In this document: positions 57,530-64,000 of the stretch, one piece after another
How positions within the stretch are numbered: the first letter of the stretch is position 1
How the letters are laid out: every line of letters begins with the position of its first letter
DNA from: Octopus vulgaris
Lineage: Eukaryota
Direction of reading: 5' to 3'
Length of the DNA stretch: 64,000 nt
NCBI GenBank assembly: GCA_951406725.2
Contig: OX597835.1
Location: forward strand, 34,410,001-34,474,000
Notes under the pieces: generated by a model
Database searches by the model: none
The model's input: the letters and a program-made list of their open reading frames with translations, nothing else
Told to the model about the DNA's origin: nothing
Program-made: the position numbers and the translations under genes

Positions 57530-57760
57530 TGCGATGACGATGATGATGATGATGCCGACGACGACGACGACGAGGATAATGATGATGATGTCCTTGTAGT
57601 CTCGTCTGCTTTCATTTCTATTGTTGCATCAGATGAATTTGTTCATGTTGATGTCGATAAAACGAAAAAAAAAGATGGTGGTGGTAGTGGTGGTGGTGGT
57701 GGTGGTGGCGGTCTCGGTGCTGGTACTACAGGTTCTTCTGATGCAGTTCTTTAGTTCTGG

Positions 57761-57840
<80 letters not shown>

Positions 57841-57880
57841 GTGATGATGATGGTGATGATGATGGTGATGATGGTGATGA

Positions 57881-57914
<34 letters not shown>

Positions 57915-57973
57915 GGTGGTGATGATGATGTTGATGATGATGATGATGGTGGTGGATGTGGTGATGATGGTGG

Positions 57974-58004
<31 letters not shown>

Positions 58005-58120
58005 GGTGGTGGTGATGATGGTGGTGGTGATGGTGGTGGTGATGATGATGATGATGATGATGATGACGGACAATAACGACGACGACAACAACAACAACAA
58101 CAACAAAAACAACAACAGCA
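57530..58120. repeat. Compound (GAT)/(GGT)/(GCT)/(CAA) microsatellite
   Basis: Direct observation. Confidence 0.9.
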
Positions 58121-58281
58121 GTCGAAAATGGAAGTCAAAGACTTGCAGAAGCTGTAAGCGATGTTTTGGCGAAGTTTAAAAACCAAAACTGAAGAAATTT
58201 CCCACGGTGTCACACTATACTACATTTCTATATTTCCTTCTCTCTCTCTCTCCATCTCTCTCTCCCTCTCTCCCTCTCTCC

Positions 58282-58323
<42 letters not shown>

Positions 58324-59237
58324 CTCTCACTACCGTTTAACCATCTTTCACTCCTACTCTTCTAAGTTTACCATTCTTTGTCAGATGGTTTCCCTGCCTC
58401 CCTCATTGTATATCACACACACACACAAACACTCTCTCACTCTCCCTCACTCTCTCTCTCTCTCTCTCTTTGTCTTTCTTCTAGTCTTATATCACATTCC
58501 TTCTCTTTCTAACCCTCCACCGTTCCTCTTCCCCTCGTCAACATTTCTACTCTCACTATTCCCCCCCCACACACCCTTTCAGAAGGTAACCCCTCTTCGT
58601 TTAATCTACGATTCCAATTCCATTCTTCATTACTCATTCTCATTCTCCTCCCCTTCCTCTTATCTCTTCAACTTCTTTACCTACTTCTTTCTCTCACTTT
58701 CTCTCTCTCCTCCCCCTCTCTCACTCACTCACTCACTCTCTCTTTCCCCCTTCCCTTCCCTGTCCCATTGTCTGTTCGTCAGCCTATTTATCTCTCTCTT
58801 CTACCGTTTCACATGGACCAATTCCCTATATATTTTCAATTCTTCCTAAATCTATTCCCTTCGTGAAGGAGCGTGGCCCTGCAGTCAAGGGTGTTACACT
58901 CACAACCGTAACATCGCGGTTTCGATTCCCGGACCGGATGGTGCGTTGCGTTTCTGAGAGCAAAACACTTCATTTCACATTATTCAAATCCAACCAGCTG
59001 TAAATGAGTAACCCCATACGACGGACTAGCGTCCTATCCAGGGGGAATTTTGTGATCTCGGTCACTTACATGCCTAAGGGGCCAAGGGCTACACATTGCA
59101 ATGTCTAGGGGTTTCACTTTACTTCTCTACTAACCTCTCCATCTCACTCTAACCTTCCACTATGCCTCTCAAACTTCCTCCTTAATCTTTCTCTCTCTCT
59201 CACTCTCGCTTCTTTCTCTCTTTCTCTGTGTGTGTGT

Positions 59238-59340
<103 letters not shown>

Positions 59341-59632
59341 CGTGACCGACCAGGCTATTAGATGTTGCTATACATCGCTGGTCACAATGCGCTTCGCATT
59401 GTTTTAGCCTTCAAATGACGCCACCCGCTAAGTGAGCTGGCCAACAGAAGAAACAGTGAGAGAAAGTTGTGGCGAAAGAGTACAGCAGGGATCGCCACCC
59501 ACCCCCTGCCGGAGCCTTGTAGAGCTTTTAGGTGTTTTCGCTCAATAAACACTCACAACGCCCGGTCTGAGAATCGAAACCGCGATCCTACGAGCGCAAG
59601 TCCTCTGCTCTAACCACTGGGCCATTGCGCCT

Positions 59633-59675
<43 letters not shown>

Positions 59676-59687
59676 TATATATAGAGA

Positions 59688-60930
59688 TAAATTAATCAAA
59701 ATAAAAACATGATGCGAAGGATTCAGCGGTACATATGTTTCGGGCCTTTATTAGACGGATTTATAACAATGCATAATGTGTGTCTATGGCCTTCTTCATC
59801 CGCGCACAATTACTACCTCAAGGACATGTATTACATCAAAAATTCTACGTTGGGGATGCAAATCCTCTCATTCGCGTACGATTAACTTCGTCTTGTGCAT
59901 GCGTGTAAGTGCGAGTGTGCCTATATGAACGCATGTGCGTGTATGTATATACGTACGTATGCGTGTCGGTTCGTGTACCCAACTACATGCGCCTTTTTCC
60001 GTATATATCTGTATATGTTTACACGAGAGTACGTATGTATGCTTGTATGCGTGTGGTTGTGTATGCGTGCGTATATGTACGCGTATATATGTGTGTATGT
60101 ATCCATGCGTGTACGTATGTACATGTTGACCACTAGACACGTAACGAGGAACTAGATAAGCGGTTTAACCAGACAACTCTAATTTACAATACACTATTTA
60201 TGACACTCATGGCTTCTTCAACCAGAATATGTCATTTTCCTGACCACCATGTTGGTCCGTAACAACTTTATATCCCTTATCCTTATATCCTTTTACATTT
60301 TTATATTCTTATATCCTTTATATTTCTGATCATTTTTTATATTTTTTTATAACTTTATATCTTTATATTCATTTATACATTTTTATATTTCTTTATATTT
60401 TTATACTTTATATTTTTATATTTCTAAACTTATATTCTTTTATCTTTCACAGTTTTATATTTTTTTATCTTTCGTCCTGAATTCTCGCCCCTCCATCTTT
60501 ATCCCTATTTACTCTTATTACCAGGTTCCTTCACGTCTGTCTGTATTTATATATGTATATATTTATTTATTCATTTATTTATATTACCTCAACATCCAAG
60601 CTTCCTCATTCTACATTGAGAGAAAGACAGGATGGAAGCTTCATTTTTAAGCTGTTGCCGCATTATGTCGTACGCGAATGAGAGGATTTGCATCCCCAAC
60701 GTAGAATTTTTGATGTAATACATGTCCTTGAGGTAGTAATTGTGCGCGGCTGAAGAAGGCCATAGGCACACATTATGCATTGTTATAAATCCGTCTAATA
60801 AAGGCCCGAAACATATGTACCGCTGAATCCTTCGCATCATGTTTTTATTTTGATTAATTTACTCCACCACCTACACCACCAAATGGTATATACAGGTGCT
60901 TACAATTATCAAGTACTCACCTTGAATTTC
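59688..60930 (+). mobile_element. Non-autonomous PLE-like element with 5' inverted pLTR-like duplication; homologue at ~51675-52760 on minus
   Basis: 59688-59880 is the reverse complement of ~60668-60860. Identical spurious ORFs MMRRIQRY... at 51763 (+) and 60589 (-) mark the shared unit. Carries an HHR. Confidence 0.7.
60746..60823 (+). ncRNA. Type I hammerhead ribozyme (PLE-type)
   Basis: GCGG-CUGAAGA-AGGCC...GGCCC-GAAA-CAUAUG-UA|CCGC. Homologues lie on minus at 51780-51857 (core intact) and 59726-59803 (C3 changed to A). Confidence 0.8.
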
Positions 60931-60937
60931 TATATAC

Positions 60938-60995
<58 letters not shown>

Positions 60996-61038
60996 GTAGA
61001 TAGATAGATAGATACACACACACACACACACATATATC

Positions 61039-61835
61039 TTTAAGGCCGCAGCCCCCTATTACAACGAGGCCCTGGCCCGCAGTGGCTTTAAAGATAAGAT
61101 TACCTATACTAGTATAGCCCCACACCAACCCAGGAAAAATAGACGAAGACACATTAGCTGGTACAACCCCCCTTCAACCGTGAGGTCGCTACACCTGTAG
61201 CTAAAACCTTCTTCACTCTCCTACAGAAACACTTCCCCACCCAACATAAGTACTACACTATCCTAAATAAGAACACTATTAGACTCTCCTACTCTACCAC
61301 GCCCAATCTAGCCAGGAACCTAGCCAACAACAATGTGAAAAAACTTAACATATCTACTTTTTCCGAGGCCCATCCAACGTCCGATAGCAATTGCAACTGC
61401 CCTGATAAAACCACCTGCCCCCTCAACAACAACTGCCTACAGAGGGACCTAGTATATACATGCGAGGTAAGATCAGGCCCTGACGATAAAAGAAAATCCT
61501 ACATCGGAATGACGTCAAACAGCTTTAAGACCCGTTGGTACGCACACACACACTCGTTCCGGCGACAGGATAAATCCAACCAAACTACCCTCGCCGCCCA
61601 CATCTGGTACCTTAAAAGGAACTCCATCCCCTTCACGACCAAGTGGAAACTACTACAGAAGGCGCGCTCGTACACAGGAGGCCATACCTGCTGTGACCTC
61701 TGCATATCGGAGAGCCTAGAGATCTTGTTCGCCAAAGGCCCTCTCCTTAACAAAATCTCAGAACACTCTCCAAATTGCATGCATAAGAAGTATGCGAACT
61801 ACAAGAACTATAGACCTACCCGGCAACCAGATTGA
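61039..61835 (+). mobile_element. 5'-truncated Penelope-like retroelement: RT thumb/linker and GIY-YIG endonuclease (Nematis-like)
   Basis: FKAAAPYYNEALARSGF...RRHISWYNPP, then one frameshift in a C-run, then FNREV...LNKNTIRLSYS...CNCPDKTTCPLNNNCLQRDLVY...YIGMTSNSFKTRW...CDLCISE...LLNK. Confidence 0.88.
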
Positions 61836-62024
61836 TGACACCCCACCCACAAAACCCCGCCAATCCCACCGTTCCCCTAGCACCCCCGATTACCTTTTCT
61901 CCTAAGACCTTTCACATATTGTATGTGCACGCTTGTATATGTGTATCGTATATATGTATAGAAATGTATGGGTATAGTAGGAATATACGCATGTATTATG
62001 TGTGTGTGTGTGTGTATGTATGTA

Positions 62025-62071
<47 letters not shown>

Positions 62072-62484
62072 GCGTGTGTGTGTGTGTGTGTGTATATATG
62101 TATATATGTATATTTGTATATATGTATATATGTGTGTATGCATATGTATGTGTATATGTATGTGTGTATGTATGTGTATGTATGTATAAAATATTATATA
62201 ATTAGGGCTTAGTAAAATAAATTACTTTGCCACATACTGAACTTTCTAGAAATAGCAGCCAAAAAAGTTTTTTAGCCTCTTCCACTACTTAGAGAATATT
62301 TTCCCCTCAGACATTATTTACTCAAAAAAATAATGGTCCTTTTACATACTGAATACTTGGTGAAATTGATTAATAACTAATTAACCTTACCCTCAATTGT
62401 TGATATATGTATGTGTGTGTATATATATATGTGTATATGTGTGTTTGTATATATATATGTACATGTATGTATATGTGTGTGTAT

Positions 62485-62524
<40 letters not shown>

Positions 62525-63033
62525 GTGTGTATATGTGTATTGTGTATATATTTATATATATATATATATATATATGTATATGTATATGTATGTGTGTGTG
62601 TATATGTATATATGTGTATATATATGAGTGTACGCGAGTATGTCGATGTATATGTAGGTATGTAGAGTTATGTGTATGTGCATGTATGTGAGTGTAGATA
62701 CAAATTGTAGATGTGTATATGTATGTGTGTGTATATATACATGTATATAGGTATATGTATGTGTGTGTATATATATATATATATATGTATATACGAGTAT
62801 GTAGAGATATAAGTATGTGCATGTGTATATATGTGTGTATATATATGTATAGGTATGTGTATGTGTATGTATGTATATATATATGTGTGTGTGTATGTAT
62901 GCATATATGTATGTATGTATGTATGTATATGTGTATGTATATATATGTGTGTAAGTGTGTGTATATATGTATATGTAAGTGTGTGTGCGTGTATGAGTAT
63001 GTATGTATGTTTGCACACATGTATATGTGTGTG

Positions 63034-63114
<81 letters not shown>

Positions 63115-63357
63115 GTGCGTATGTGTATGTATGTATGTATATATATGCGTGTGTATGTGTATGTGTATATGTACATATACGTGTACGCTCGTGTGTTTAT
63201 GTATATGTAGGTACGTAGAGTTATCTATGTGTGTATGTATTTGTACATGTGTGTAAGTATGTATATATATATATGTGTGTATATATGTGTGTGTGTATAT
63301 ATATATGTATATGTATATGTATATATATGTGTGTATATATGTATGTATTACTACGAT

Positions 63358-63390
63358 GATCCGGTTCTTGACTGAAGACTGAGGGTTTCG
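63358..63390 (+). ncRNA. 3' half of a family B permuted hammerhead-like motif
   Basis: GAUCCGG u UCUUGA-CUGAAGA-cugag-GGUU, nearly identical to 38555-38584. The 5' half is replaced by (TA/TG)n. Confidence 0.5.
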
Positions 63391-64000
63391 AATGTCCTGT
63401 CCGTGTTTATTGTATCGTCTTCTAAGAGTTATACGTTCTTGTCCATGTTGTATTTTTCTACATACCTTAACATATATTCCAGGCGCCACGTACCCTCTTA
63501 ACATTAATGTGAGCACATATTCTTAATAACTGGTACGACTCTTTGTTTGTCTCTCTCTCTCTCTCACTTTTACTTGATCTGTCCCCTTCTCTCTCTACTC
63601 ATCCTCTTTTTCTCTTCTCTTTCCTCTGATTCTTTGGTCTAATCTTCCACTACCCTCCTATTTCTTTGTCTCGCTCTGCACTCACAGGTCAATCTTCGAC
63701 ACCCATCCCTTCTCCTCTCTGATTCCTTCTTTCTCTCTCTTCTCTCTCTTTGTTGCGTTTGTCCCTCCTCTCTCTCTCTCCTCTCTCTCTCTCTCTTCCG
63801 TTGTTTCTCTTTCTTTTCTTTTCTCTCTTCTCTGTCACGTGACTGCTGGCCGAAATCTGCCTTTCAGCTTCTGACCAGCGTCGTGTTAACATCGTTGTTT
63901 TTCGTCCGCCGCTATAGGCATCGCCGATAAGGCTCCTTTCCTTGCGCCAGAGAAAAAATTTGTTTGCTTGTTATCAGTCGTAAGACACTTGTTGTTTTCA

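Noticed and set aside
57621-58213. Poly-A/D/G and poly-S/P ORFs resembling low-complexity proteins
   Set aside because: Compound microsatellite without splice-supported unique coding flanks.

Overview
AT-rich, microsatellite-saturated animal genomic DNA. The SINE and transposon repertoire is most consistent with a cephalopod (Octopus-like); this is an inference. One host gene is evident: three phase-compatible coding exons of a meteorin-family (METRN/METRNL-like) secreted protein on + (11540-11916, 13463-13519, 16134-16429). Its signal-peptide exon was not located. The rest is transposon landscape: three tRNA-derived SINE families, R4/Dong-like and RTE LINE relics, an ORF1-only L1/Tx1-like element inserted into a SINE head, piggyBac, Tigger-like and Helitron-like elements, and a Penelope-like (PLE) GIY-YIG fragment. 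The most unusual signal is RNA structure. Roughly 20 hammerhead-ribozyme (HHR) motifs occur in short non-coding repeats embedded in (TA)n tracts, several as fold-back pairs. Six of them, in two families, have the three hammerhead strands in a non-circularly permuted order (UH strand, then GAAA strand, then CUGANGA strand), supported by compensatory base changes between copies. Almost all ORFs in the supplied track are microsatellite artefacts. Repeat boundaries are approximate unless TSDs or termini are stated.
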